Origin: an uncultured Bacteroidales bacterium | Lineage (GTDB): Bacteria > Bacteroidota > Bacteroidia > Bacteroidales > JAADJA01 | NCBI GenBank assembly: GCA_963749345.1 | Contig: CAVVMO010000001.1 | Location: 883,336 to 947,335, forward strand | Reading direction: 5' to 3' | DNA length: 64,000 nucleotides | Shown: positions 1 through 9,143 of the stretch, in pieces | Position numbering within the stretch: the stretch's first letter is position 1 | Layout: every line of letters begins with the position of its first letter | Made by a program: the position numbers and the translations under genes | Notes under the pieces: model-generated | What the model saw: the letters and a program-made list of their open reading frames with translations, nothing else | Database searches by the model: none | Told to the model about the DNA's origin: nothing

Positions 1-1
1 A

Positions 2-562
2 AGCTATTCAAAATCAAATGTAATTTTAATGAACCGGACAGAATCTGCAAACCAGGAACTTGTTACAAAATATCAGTTATCCGGTGCACCGCTTCCGTTG
101 ATTTTGGTCGTTGCAACAAACGGTTTAGTTGCCGGAGGTTATTTATTAGCACAGGCCACTCCTGAATTATTGGTGAAAGCAATTCCATCACCTAAAAAGG
201 CTGATGTTATGAAGGCATTAAGTGAAGGTAAGTCTGTCTTTATGGTGGTCAGCAGTAAGAGCATGACGAAAAAAAGTGATCTTGTTAACACATGTCTGAA
301 AGCATGTACGGAGATGGAGAATAATGCAAAAGTTATAGAAGTGGATATGGATAATTCACAGGAAAAGGCTTTTTTAACTGAACTTAACGTCAATATGACT
401 ATTACTGAACCCCAGACTTATGTGATCAATTCAAAAGGTCAGGTTACCGGAAATTTTAGCAGCGATGTAAATTCAACTACACTGGTTGCAACTGCAAAAA
501 AAGTTAGTGGTGGTTGCTGCCCGACCGGGAGTGGTAAAAGTTGTGCTCCGACAAAAAAGTAA
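2..562 (+). CDS. Thioredoxin-like protein with Cys-rich C-terminal tail, 5'-truncated by the window edge
   Basis: ORF 29..562, but the frame is open back to position 2. Thioredoxin-like segment (VIEVDMDNSQEKAFL...PQTYVINSKG) and C-terminal GGCCPTGSGKSC; lies upstream of the ABC genes and acr3. Confidence 0.6.
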   Translation, partial: SYSKSNVILMNRTESANQELVTKYQLSGAPLPLILVVATNGLVAGGYLLAQATPELLVKAIPSPKKADVMKALSEGKSVFMVVSSKSMTKKSDLVNTCLKACTEMENNAKVIEVDMDNSQEKAFLTELNVNMTITEPQTYVINSKGQVTGNFSSDVNSTTLVATAKKVSGGCCPTGSGKSCAPTKK

Positions 563-572
563 TTTATCCTAT

Positions 573-1790
573 ATGAATCTTTTACAATTGGTCTGGCTTG
601 AACTTGGCCAACGAAAAACACAATTGATCTCCGGGATATTAGCGATCATATTGGGGATTGGAGTCATTGTAGCCATTCGTTCTGTTTCAGTCGTATCAGA
701 AAAAGCTGTAGCTGTAAACCTTGATAATCTTGGCGCAAATATTTTAGTTCTTCCGCAGGGAACAGGAGTTGATAATTACTATACAGCAGATATTGATGCC
801 CCGACCTTTCCCGAAGAATATGTAGAACGCATTGTAACTTCCACTTTGCCGGGCGTAGATAATTTATCTCCAAAATTGACCCGCAGAATCACTATAGGCG
901 GTCAGAAGTTTGTTCTGACCGGGATATTACCGGCGAATGAATTGGCTTCAAAACCCATCTGGCAAACTTCAGGATTATTCGGAAGTGAATTACAGGCTTC
1001 ATGTGGAGAAAATCCGGTTAATGAGTCGCTGGGTTACAAAGATGAAAAATTGCAGCGGAAATCGATTGATTCGTTAGCTATAGCAGACTGCCTGATTGGA
1101 TTTTCAGCAGCTCAACGATTAAATGTTAAAGCCGGTGAAAAACTTAAAATTGAAGGGTATGACCTGAACATTGCAAAAGTACTTACTGAAACCGGCACCA
1201 TTGATGATGATCGGATTTTTGCTCATCTAAAGACGGTCCAGAACATATTAGGGATCGAAGGGCAACTTAGCGCGATTGAAATTATGGGTTGCTGCAATGC
1301 CATTTCAGATGGACTTCTGGGTAAATTGCGCAATATTTTACCAGATACACGGGTGACCACGATTGGTCAAATTGTTTCTACCCAAATTAAAACGAATAGT
1401 TTAATGAACCGGATTTCTCTGATTATATTAATTATTATTTTGTTTGTTGGCGGAATTTCGATAGGCAATTATATGTGGGCCAATGTGAACGAAAGAAAGA
1501 GGGAAATCGGCATTTTAAGAATGATAGGATACTCCAGGAATTCAATCTATTCAATTTTACTTTTAAAAGCTTCAATCATGGGAATAATTGGAGGTATCAT
1601 CGGTTATTTTGCCGGCGCTGTCATTGCTTATTTTTTAGGTCCCTCTATTGCAGGAATCAATGTTTTACCCATACCTATCCTTTTGGTTTGGTCAATATTA
1701 ATAGCTCTTTCCATTTCTTTAATTGGTTCAATTTTGCCGGCTTATTTTGCCTCGAGATTTGAACCCTATTCAAATATGCAGGATGTATGA
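573..1790 (+). CDS. MacB/FtsX-family ABC transporter permease
   Basis: Likely start MNLLQLVWLEL at 573. N-terminal TM, large periplasmic loop, then the FtsX-type motif ANVNERKREIGILRMIGYSR followed by TM helices. Confidence 0.85.
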   Translation: MNLLQLVWLELGQRKTQLISGILAIILGIGVIVAIRSVSVVSEKAVAVNLDNLGANILVLPQGTGVDNYYTADIDAPTFPEEYVERIVTSTLPGVDNLSPKLTRRITIGGQKFVLTGILPANELASKPIWQTSGLFGSELQASCGENPVNESLGYKDEKLQRKSIDSLAIADCLIGFSAAQRLNVKAGEKLKIEGYDLNIAKVLTETGTIDDDRIFAHLKTVQNILGIEGQLSAIEIMGCCNAISDGLLGKLRNILPDTRVTTIGQIVSTQIKTNSLMNRISLIILIIILFVGGISIGNYMWANVNERKREIGILRMIGYSRNSIYSILLLKASIMGIIGGIIGYFAGAVIAYFLGPSIAGINVLPIPILLVWSILIALSISLIGSILPAYFASRFEPYSNMQDV

Positions 1791-2461
1791 AGCCTATTTT
1801 AGAAGTTGAACAAATATCAAAACAATATCACCACCGCGATGGCCTGGTGGATGCTTTGAAGGATATTTCATTTTCAATCAGCAAAGGCTCCTTTGTGACC
1901 ATTACAGGTCCATCAGGTTCAGGAAAAACAACCTTACTTTTAGCATTAAGCGGATTGATCCATCCTACTTCGGGTAAAATATATTTTGAAGGTGAAAGTC
2001 TGGACTTAACAAGTGACAGCACCCTGGTCAATTTTCGCAAAAAACATGTTGGGTTTGTCATGCAGAATTTTTCGTTGATTCCATACATGACAGCACTCCA
2101 GAATGTAATGATCCCACTTTCGTTAAATGGAATGACTGGTTCAGAACAAAAGGCACGAGCAATTGAGATGCTGGAATTATCCGGACTTGAAAATCGTATG
2201 AATCATTTTCCGAGAGAACTATCTGCCGGACAGCAGCAACGAGTTGCTATTGCAAGGGCTTTGGCAAACAAGCCATCTATTATATTTGCAGATGAACCAA
2301 CCGGTAATCTTGATCCTGCTTTGGCAAGAGACATACTTGAGTTACTAAAAAAAATAAATTTAGCCCAACATCTGACTATTTTTATGGTAACCCACAGCCC
2401 ATTGGCAAGTGATTACGGAAATGTGAAAATCCGGTTAGATGATGGGCGATTATTAAACTGA
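1787..2461 (+). CDS. ABC transporter ATP-binding protein (LolD/MacB type)
   Basis: Walker A GPSGSGKT, signature LSAGQQQRVAIARAL, Walker B IIFADEPTGNLD; 4-nt overlap with the permease. Confidence 0.93.
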   Translation: MKPILEVEQISKQYHHRDGLVDALKDISFSISKGSFVTITGPSGSGKTTLLLALSGLIHPTSGKIYFEGESLDLTSDSTLVNFRKKHVGFVMQNFSLIPYMTALQNVMIPLSLNGMTGSEQKARAIEMLELSGLENRMNHFPRELSAGQQQRVAIARALANKPSIIFADEPTGNLDPALARDILELLKKINLAQHLTIFMVTHSPLASDYGNVKIRLDDGRLLN

Positions 2462-2581
2462 TTTATTAATTTCGATTTATTATCATTAGTGACGTTGAGA
2501 ATTTAAATTTTCATCAAAATAAATCAATAGCAAATCCCCGCATTTGTGCGTATGTTTTAACACTCACTCATTAGCGGCAAA

Positions 2582-3637
2582 ATGAAAATTTCTATGGAAA
2601 AATTAACCAAACGCTTATCCTTCCTTGACCGCTACCTCACGGTCTGGATTTTCCTGGCCATGCTGGTCGGGGTATTTTCGGGTTATTTATTCCCGGCAAT
2701 TGCCGGTTTCTGGGACAACATGAGTTCCGGAACAACCAACATACCTATCGCTATCGGATTGATCATTATGATGTATCCCCCGCTGGCAAAGGTTAAGTAC
2801 GAAGAGTTGGGTGATGTTTTTAAAAACTGGAGGGTTCTTACCCTCTCTCTTGTTCAAAACTGGCTGATCGGACCTATTCTGATGTTTTTCTTAGCCATTT
2901 TATTTCTTCATAATTATCCTGAGTACATGACCGGTCTTATCCTTATCGGACTGGCTCGCTGTATTGCAATGGTAATTGTCTGGAACGAACTGGCAAAGGG
3001 CGATTCGGAATATGCTGCCGGGCTGGTGGCTTTCAACAGCATTTTCCAGGTGCTGTTCTTTTCGTTCTATGCCTATGTTTTCATTACCATTTTACCGGGC
3101 TGGTTTGGATTAGCCTCTTATGAAGTGGACATTACCATTGGTCAAATCGCTAAAAGTGTCTTCATTTATCTCGGTATTCCTTTTATTGCCGGTATGATCA
3201 CCCGATTTGTCCTGATCAGATTGAAAAGTAAAGAATGGTATCAGACCAAATTCATTCCCAAAATCAGTCCGTTGACTTTGATAGCATTACTTTTCACCAT
3301 CTTCGTCATGTTTTCACTAAAGGGAGAGGTCATTGTTGAGCTTCCGTTTGATGTAGTAAGGATTGCCATTCCATTGGTTATCTATTTTGCAGTGATGTTT
3401 TTCATTTCATTTTGGATGGGTAGGAAAATCGGAGCGAATTATTCGAAAACAACCACCATCGCTTTTACTGCCGCAAGCAACAATTTTGAACTGGCAATTG
3501 CAGTCGCAGTTGCAGTATTCGGTATTAATTCAGGAGAAGCATTTGCCGCCGTCATCGGGCCGTTGGTTGAAGTGCCGGTGCTGATTGGTCTGGTAAATGT
3601 GGCTTTAAGATTTAAAACTAAGTATTTCAGCAAATAG
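2582..3637 (+). CDS. acr3: Arsenite efflux transporter, ACR3 family
   Basis: [49 protein letters not shown] and GPLVEVPV are characteristic Acr3 motifs. Confidence 0.93.
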   Translation: MKISMEKLTKRLSFLDRYLTVWIFLAMLVGVFSGYLFPAIAGFWDNMSSGTTNIPIAIGLIIMMYPPLAKVKYEELGDVFKNWRVLTLSLVQNWLIGPILMFFLAILFLHNYPEYMTGLILIGLARCIAMVIVWNELAKGDSEYAAGLVAFNSIFQVLFFSFYAYVFITILPGWFGLASYEVDITIGQIAKSVFIYLGIPFIAGMITRFVLIRLKSKEWYQTKFIPKISPLTLIALLFTIFVMFSLKGEVIVELPFDVVRIAIPLVIYFAVMFFISFWMGRKIGANYSKTTTIAFTAASNNFELAIAVAVAVFGINSGEAFAAVIGPLVEVPVLIGLVNVALRFKTKYFSK

Positions 3638-3738
3638 TTTTTTCATCATGATTTCGACCTGCTTGTCAGAATGACATTGTTATTTATTTGGTTCTGTTTT
3701 TGATTGGTGATATGTAAACGCTAAATATTTTACAGAAA

Positions 3739-4215
3739 ATGAGAACAATACAACTTTTTATCATACTGATGGTCGCAGGTGTGATGTCAGTAAATGCACA
3801 AAATGAAATAATGGATAACCAGCAGAAAAGCGAATTATTCTTCAGTAAGCAGGTACAAGGATCTATGGAAGAAGTTTATCAACGGGTGGTTGAAGCCTTA
3901 AAAGTTGAAAAGTTTGGAGTCATCACTGAGATTGATATGGCAAAAACGCTCAATGAGAAGCTGGGTGTTGAAATGAAACCCTATAAGATTTTAGGTGTTT
4001 GCAATCCGGGATTTGCCTATGAAGCCATTCAGGCAGAACCAAACATTGGTGTGTTTTTACCCTGTAAAGTAATCCTAAAACAACTGGATGAAAATACAAT
4101 TGAAGTAGTTTCGATGAATCCGGAAACAATGATGAAGATGCTGGAAAACGAAAAGCTTGATAAAACGGCTAAATCTGTTGGACAGAAACTGGAAAAAGTA
4201 GTTTTGGGATTATAA
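3739..4215 (+). CDS. DUF302 domain protein with signal peptide
   Basis: FGVITEIDMAKTL...YKILGVCNP...IGVFLPCKVIL pattern of DUF302; hydrophobic N-terminus. Confidence 0.8.
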   Translation: MRTIQLFIILMVAGVMSVNAQNEIMDNQQKSELFFSKQVQGSMEEVYQRVVEALKVEKFGVITEIDMAKTLNEKLGVEMKPYKILGVCNPGFAYEAIQAEPNIGVFLPCKVILKQLDENTIEVVSMNPETMMKMLENEKLDKTAKSVGQKLEKVVLGL

Positions 4216-4359
4216 CGCATAGAGGCTGTCTCAAAAGCAATAAAACACGTCTTTGCGAGTCCCCACCCAAAAATTTGGGCACGATGTGGCGATGACAATT
4301 ATGTTTTTCGGAAGCAGAAATTAGGTCATCCTGAGCGTGTCTAAGGATAGACCGGTTTT

Positions 4360-4920
4360 GAAAACTAAACCACTATGGATTAGAAATCCATAGGTTGTAA
4401 ATACTGTAAAAAATGAAATTTTTTGTCTTTATTCTAATATCCAATTACCTGATTGTACATTCGGTTTATCCCGATGATGTTCAAGATATTCCTGAACCAT
4501 CTCATCCGTTATATTTCCTGTACTCCAAACACCATAACCAACTGCCCAAAAATGGCGACCCCAATACTGCTTGCCCAATGAGGGAAATTCTTGCTGAAGA
4601 AGTCGTGAAGTCCTACCCTTCAACTTCTTTACCAATTCACTTATACTCAACGAAGGAGGATACTCAACATGGATGTGAACATGATCTTTGCTTACTACCC
4701 CCTTTAGTATTTGAACATTCTCAGCATTACTTATTTGAACAACCAAATCTCGACAACGTACTTGAACATCACCCTTTAAAACATGATAACGATATTTCGT
4801 TACCCAAACGATATGAGCTGTTAAACGACTTACAGAATGTGAACCTAACCTGTATTGTTCCATCTTGTAAAACTAAAAAATTTATAGAAACTAAAGTGCC
4901 TGCAATAAATTGCAGGGTTT
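4360..4920. mobile_element. IS200/IS605-family element, tnpA only
   Basis: tnpA flanked by hairpins ctatggat-tagaa-atccatag (4373-4393) and cctgcaa-taaa-ttgcagg (4899-4916), each preceded by aaactaaa. Exact ends not determined. Confidence 0.8.
4429..4863 (-). CDS. tnpA: IS200/IS605-family Y1 (HUH) transposase
   Basis: HIVWVTKYR, HUH motif DHVH, HFWAVGY, and Tyr in VQEYLEHH. Confidence 0.95.
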   Translation of the reverse strand: MEQYRLGSHSVSRLTAHIVWVTKYRYHVLKGDVQVRCRDLVVQISNAENVQILKGVVSKDHVHIHVEYPPSLSISELVKKLKGRTSRLLQQEFPSLGKQYWGRHFWAVGYGVWSTGNITDEMVQEYLEHHRDKPNVQSGNWILE

Positions 4921-5060
4921 TAACCATTTTTTAAGATAATAAAATCTGCCATTCTTAGGAGGAACGACGAAGCAATCTGCTAATTGTCAATCTCGTCAGA
5001 TTGCTTCGCTATGCTCGCAATGACGAAAATCTGACTTTTGAGACAGGTTCAATTTTCAAT

Positions 5061-6875
5061 TTATTTTTTCAGTACCAGTTCCCTGTATTTGCTTTCATTC
5101 CATAAATCAATCATTTGCTTGAAAGCTTTGTATTCAGCCACAGGTATCGTTTGTTGAAGGATTTTAAGGTTCCGTTTAACGGTTATCTTACTTCCATCCT
5201 GTAAAATGGATATCGCAAGTTCGCCAAAGGCCGTTTTGAGTTCGGTTAAATTTAAAGGATTGACGAGTTTCATATTTTCGGGAATGGAAAAGGTGAAGTC
5301 ATATTGCTCATCCACTGGAAATGGAACTTCAAATGGTGTTTTTCTTTCGGCATTTAAATAACTGATATGCCAGCTGTCTGTCCCTTTTTTGCACAAAGGC
5401 AAATTGAAAAAATAATAATTGGCCTGTTTCTTAGCTGCCTGTTTTTTCTCAAATTCAAAATTCAGTTCTGATCGCACCTGGGTTGATTTGTCAACTTTCA
5501 CCGCTTTTATGTCTTTGGACGTTATGCCTCCACCAATGAATTGCTTTGCGGCACTGCTATCCTGTTTAATTTTATAAAAGGGATTCGCTTTTTCGGAGAG
5601 ATACAAGTCAGCATGGCCCTGTAAAACCATAGAATCATTAAGGATGAATTTTCCTTTCAGGATCAGTTTGTTTTCGTATTTTTCTTTCGTTTTACTGATG
5701 AAGGGTTTATCCTTGTTCAACATAAGGGAGGTATAACCTTCAAGCGAATAAATGTAATTTTGATCGGTAGCGCTTACTGGTGAAAGAATCATTTGTTCAA
5801 GTTCACGGGGATTTACCTGTACCAGATAATCAGTGACCTGGCTTAAAACTCCAATGGTATCATTGTAAATTGGGGTAGGAATGATGATGAAGGGTTCCGC
5901 ATTTATTTTGGCTTCACGGTACAGGGTAGTCAGCAAGAGGCATTTTTCAAAGGGAGTACCGCCATTACTTTTCCATGTTTCGAAAGGATTCCGGGCAGTG
6001 AAACCCATAAATTCAGCAGGTATAAAATAGGTGTTCATATTATTAGCGACCATATCCTGTATTTTTAAAACTAAGGCAAGATCATTCTTCGATTCTTCTT
6101 TTGCTTTTGCCACAGCATCTTTCATGCTCTGATCGGCTTTGTATTTCAAAGCTTCCTGTCCTGCCAGAAAATGCTGGCCGGCGGCAGCACTGAATGTACT
6201 GAAAATTAGTCTGGGTAAATGTCTGTTATCCAGAGGCTGATTAGATTCGTGAGTATTCTCATTAATTTCAGCAAAGTTAAACCTGTATTCAGTAATTCCA
6301 CCAATTTTAGAAATAGCTGGAGCGCTTCTATAATTAAAAACTTTGAAGTAGAGGTTCTTCCAATCAGGCACCCTAATGATAATTGCTTCTTCAAGTATTG
6401 GGGAAGATTCAGTTAAAATCTCATCTCCCATCAATGCGGGATAATACCCAGAGTCGGAATGGATTGTATATTCCAGCTCAATTACAGCATCAATTTCAAG
6501 TCCTGCATGGGTTACTACCATTTCGAGGAGATGGTTATAGTAAGGGGCGTCGGCTGCAAATTGCGGAAGTACTTCATTGAAAGCATTTTCCGGCGTCTTC
6601 ACCACTTTACCATCTTTCTGAGTAACCTGGGCCAGGCTAATTTTAAGTTGCTGGTGCAATGGATTATAGACAATGAAAGTTTCACCATAAAGCCGGTTAA
6701 ATGAATTATGAGTAAGCAGTTTCAGCTTTTTATAAAACCGGAAGTCCATGCTTCCATCATCATTGAGGGTGTAAGTTTTTTCTATTTTTTCAAAAACAGC
6801 ATCAGATGCCGGTTGTCCGGTTATTGCTATGTTACAAACAAAAACTATAATCGGGGTAAGGAAATACTTTATCAT
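5061..6875 (-). CDS. DUF3857 domain protein with degenerate transglutaminase-like core
   Basis: Signal peptide; YTLNDDGS...FNRLYGETFIVYNP...ENAFNEVLP...DAPYYNHLLEMVVTH DUF3857 pattern; core GGTPFEK lacks the catalytic Cys. Confidence 0.75.
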   Translation of the reverse strand: MIKYFLTPIIVFVCNIAITGQPASDAVFEKIEKTYTLNDDGSMDFRFYKKLKLLTHNSFNRLYGETFIVYNPLHQQLKISLAQVTQKDGKVVKTPENAFNEVLPQFAADAPYYNHLLEMVVTHAGLEIDAVIELEYTIHSDSGYYPALMGDEILTESSPILEEAIIIRVPDWKNLYFKVFNYRSAPAISKIGGITEYRFNFAEINENTHESNQPLDNRHLPRLIFSTFSAAAGQHFLAGQEALKYKADQSMKDAVAKAKEESKNDLALVLKIQDMVANNMNTYFIPAEFMGFTARNPFETWKSNGGTPFEKCLLLTTLYREAKINAEPFIIIPTPIYNDTIGVLSQVTDYLVQVNPRELEQMILSPVSATDQNYIYSLEGYTSLMLNKDKPFISKTKEKYENKLILKGKFILNDSMVLQGHADLYLSEKANPFYKIKQDSSAAKQFIGGGITSKDIKAVKVDKSTQVRSELNFEFEKKQAAKKQANYYFFNLPLCKKGTDSWHISYLNAERKTPFEVPFPVDEQYDFTFSIPENMKLVNPLNLTELKTAFGELAISILQDGSKITVKRNLKILQQTIPVAEYKAFKQMIDLWNESKYRELVLKK

Positions 6876-6900
6876 GATATAAATTTTTCAGGTTTGAGTT

Positions 6901-8868
6901 TTAATTGGTCGCTTTTTCAATTTTTAAAATCACAGGTTCTTCGGCAATTTTATTTTGCGTGATAACAGCTTCACGGAAGGATCCCCAGTCGTCGGGATCA
7001 TAAACCCGCTTGTTAAATTTAAGGTTTTCGCTAACAGTCACAGTTTTTTCACCGAACTCATAACCCCCCTTAAAAGAAGCCCCTGTTCCGCTCATCATAG
7101 AAGTTTGAGGAGAATAGATGACTGTAAAATTTTCAGGCAATGTAACCGTTTCACCCAGTTGCACCCATCTTGAACAACGGTCGCGAAACTGGTAATTTCT
7201 TTTCTCGATACTTGTTTCGACTGACAAATGCGACATGGCGCGCTTAAAAATATTGGACACGACAAGAGGTGTAAAAATGATTTCATCTGTAGTAACGATT
7301 GCATAATCGGGAATTTTATATTTGATCTTGATCTGCAAGGGCTCTGTCAGATAATTATATGGTTTTCCAAAGCTCATCGATATGATCTCTGCCCTAGGAA
7401 AAACAGTTATAAGCTCCTTTTCAAGACTTGCATTCCATGTTGAAACACTGTTTCCGGTAAACATTCTCCTGATAGCAGCATCTGATTGGCCTTCCGCATC
7501 AAGGGTAAATTCTCCGGAGAGGGTGCCATCAGCCGCCAGCTTTGAAGTTCCTTCAATTTTAAGATAATGATTTCTTGGATCAGATACCGGAGTGATCATC
7601 AGGTCAGCACCTTCGGGAACACCCATCAGGTAATTCTGCTGCTGTTCGAGACTGGACCATAATTCACGTACGAAGGGAACCCATGTTGGATCGAGGATAT
7701 GGTATTTGCCATCAGATAATTTGACGATGGTTACACTGTGATTGAACTGATCGGCAGGAATATAATCAATCCGGGAACCAGCCATCGTCATGGCTGCATA
7801 CGACTCAAACCCGGCAGCCCGCAACATCGTGATCAGCATTCCTGCTTTGTCTTTACAAACGCCGCAGCGATCGGAAAAAGTCATTTCCCCTTTATGCAGC
7901 GTAAATCCTTCGCCGCAACCCATCGAAATACCAGAATAGCGAATGTTATCAGCAACCCAGTGGGTAAGAAGGGAAACGGAATCCATTTCATCCTTAGCCC
8001 CCACTAAAATTTCTGCTACTTTCTGGTCAATTTCGGGCGTGGATTCAAAGCTGCCAAAATCCTCATTCACGCCATAGAACCAAACGGATTTTGCATTCCA
8101 GTCAGGGCTGGTAGATAAAAGTAGTTTTGGAAACTCATCCGAATAGGCCACCATATTCGGCTCATGTTCCGGTTCAGTAAAGTCATTTTTAGTAAAGGTG
8201 TAAATCATTTTATCACCGGCAGGTTTGATGGAGGATCTGATCTCTCCATGATAAAACTCATATTGAAGGTTTTTATCCTTTGGGAGTTTCACCTGGTATA
8301 CTTTCTCGATAACCGGATTACTGCTCCAGAATTCAACAATATCATAAAAATGGCCACGCATCGGCGGAATGTATTTATCATCTTCATTATCCTCCTGTAA
8401 AAGGGCATAAGTAAATCCTTTCCTGAAAAGGAAAACCTCGATGGCGTCACCCGGTTCCAGCCGGCCGACTTCGATCATTTTTTCCATGGCGCCCCAGTAT
8501 ATTGCTCTTGCAGGTGCAGGATAATCAAGCACCTTTGACATATCGAGTGAAATTTCTTCACCTGATTTCCGGTAGATTTTTACTTCCTTAATGTCGACAT
8601 AAGCCGAGAGCGGATCATAACCAAACTTGATGACAGCATTTTGTTTAGCCCCGGCGCCATTCAGCACTTTTACCAGCTTATGGATATTAACATAGCTTAA
8701 ACCGGTTCCCTGAACATCTACCAGGGTGCTGTCGAAAATAACCAGTTCGGACTTGCCGGGATATTCCTTTGTTCCACCCGATTTGGCTATCAGTGCCTTG
8801 ATGTCAGAACTTGCTTGCAGAAACGAAGCAATAAGAAAGAGAAAAATTATGAATGCAGTTTTTTTCAT
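6901..8868 (-). CDS. DUF3857 plus transglutaminase-like domain protein
   Basis: Likely start MKKTAFIIFLF at 8868. GVCKDKA (Cys), QFNH (His) and ILDPT (Asp) form a transglutaminase-like triad. Confidence 0.8.
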   Translation of the reverse strand: MKKTAFIIFLFLIASFLQASSDIKALIAKSGGTKEYPGKSELVIFDSTLVDVQGTGLSYVNIHKLVKVLNGAGAKQNAVIKFGYDPLSAYVDIKEVKIYRKSGEEISLDMSKVLDYPAPARAIYWGAMEKMIEVGRLEPGDAIEVFLFRKGFTYALLQEDNEDDKYIPPMRGHFYDIVEFWSSNPVIEKVYQVKLPKDKNLQYEFYHGEIRSSIKPAGDKMIYTFTKNDFTEPEHEPNMVAYSDEFPKLLLSTSPDWNAKSVWFYGVNEDFGSFESTPEIDQKVAEILVGAKDEMDSVSLLTHWVADNIRYSGISMGCGEGFTLHKGEMTFSDRCGVCKDKAGMLITMLRAAGFESYAAMTMAGSRIDYIPADQFNHSVTIVKLSDGKYHILDPTWVPFVRELWSSLEQQQNYLMGVPEGADLMITPVSDPRNHYLKIEGTSKLAADGTLSGEFTLDAEGQSDAAIRRMFTGNSVSTWNASLEKELITVFPRAEIISMSFGKPYNYLTEPLQIKIKYKIPDYAIVTTDEIIFTPLVVSNIFKRAMSHLSVETSIEKRNYQFRDRCSRWVQLGETVTLPENFTVIYSPQTSMMSGTGASFKGGYEFGEKTVTVSENLKFNKRVYDPDDWGSFREAVITQNKIAEEPVILKIEKATN

Positions 8869-9092
8869 TTTTAAACGGGATTGATGTAAAAATACAGCTC
8901 GTAAAACTAATAAAATATTGACAACTGCAATCAAAAAAACTTTTAACAAATAATACAAAAGAACAGGCCGAGTGCTTTAAATCCTCAAATTACAGTTAGA
9001 AAAACCGCAGGGACCGTGAAGATTAAATCAGGATTTTTTGTTAATTTTTAAAAGTTTTCAACATTTCGTGTAGAATGAGTGGCTATATATTG

Positions 9093-9100
9093 TACATTTG
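9093..9100 (+). promoter_or_regulatory. Bacteroidota sigma-70 -7 element (TAnnTTTG)
   Basis: tacatttg about 44 nt upstream of the 9144 start. Confidence 0.5.
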
Positions 9101-9143
9101 CAAACTGAAAGATAATTACAATTTAACTTAAATATTTGTTTCT

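Larger units (their letters stand above)
4226..5046. repeat. 12-bp inverted repeat pair bracketing REP-like palindromes and an IS200 element
   Basis: ctgtctcaaaag at 4226-4237 and cttttgagacag at 5035-5046. Inside: gtctttgcgag (4249), gtcatcctgagcgtgtctaagga (4325-4347), and gaagcaatctg...cagattgcttc with ctcgcaatgac (4969-5024). Confidence 0.7.

Noticed and set aside
4413-4934. 173-aa plus-strand ORF over the IS200 element
   Set aside because: Antisense shadow of a clear tnpA; no recognisable motifs.
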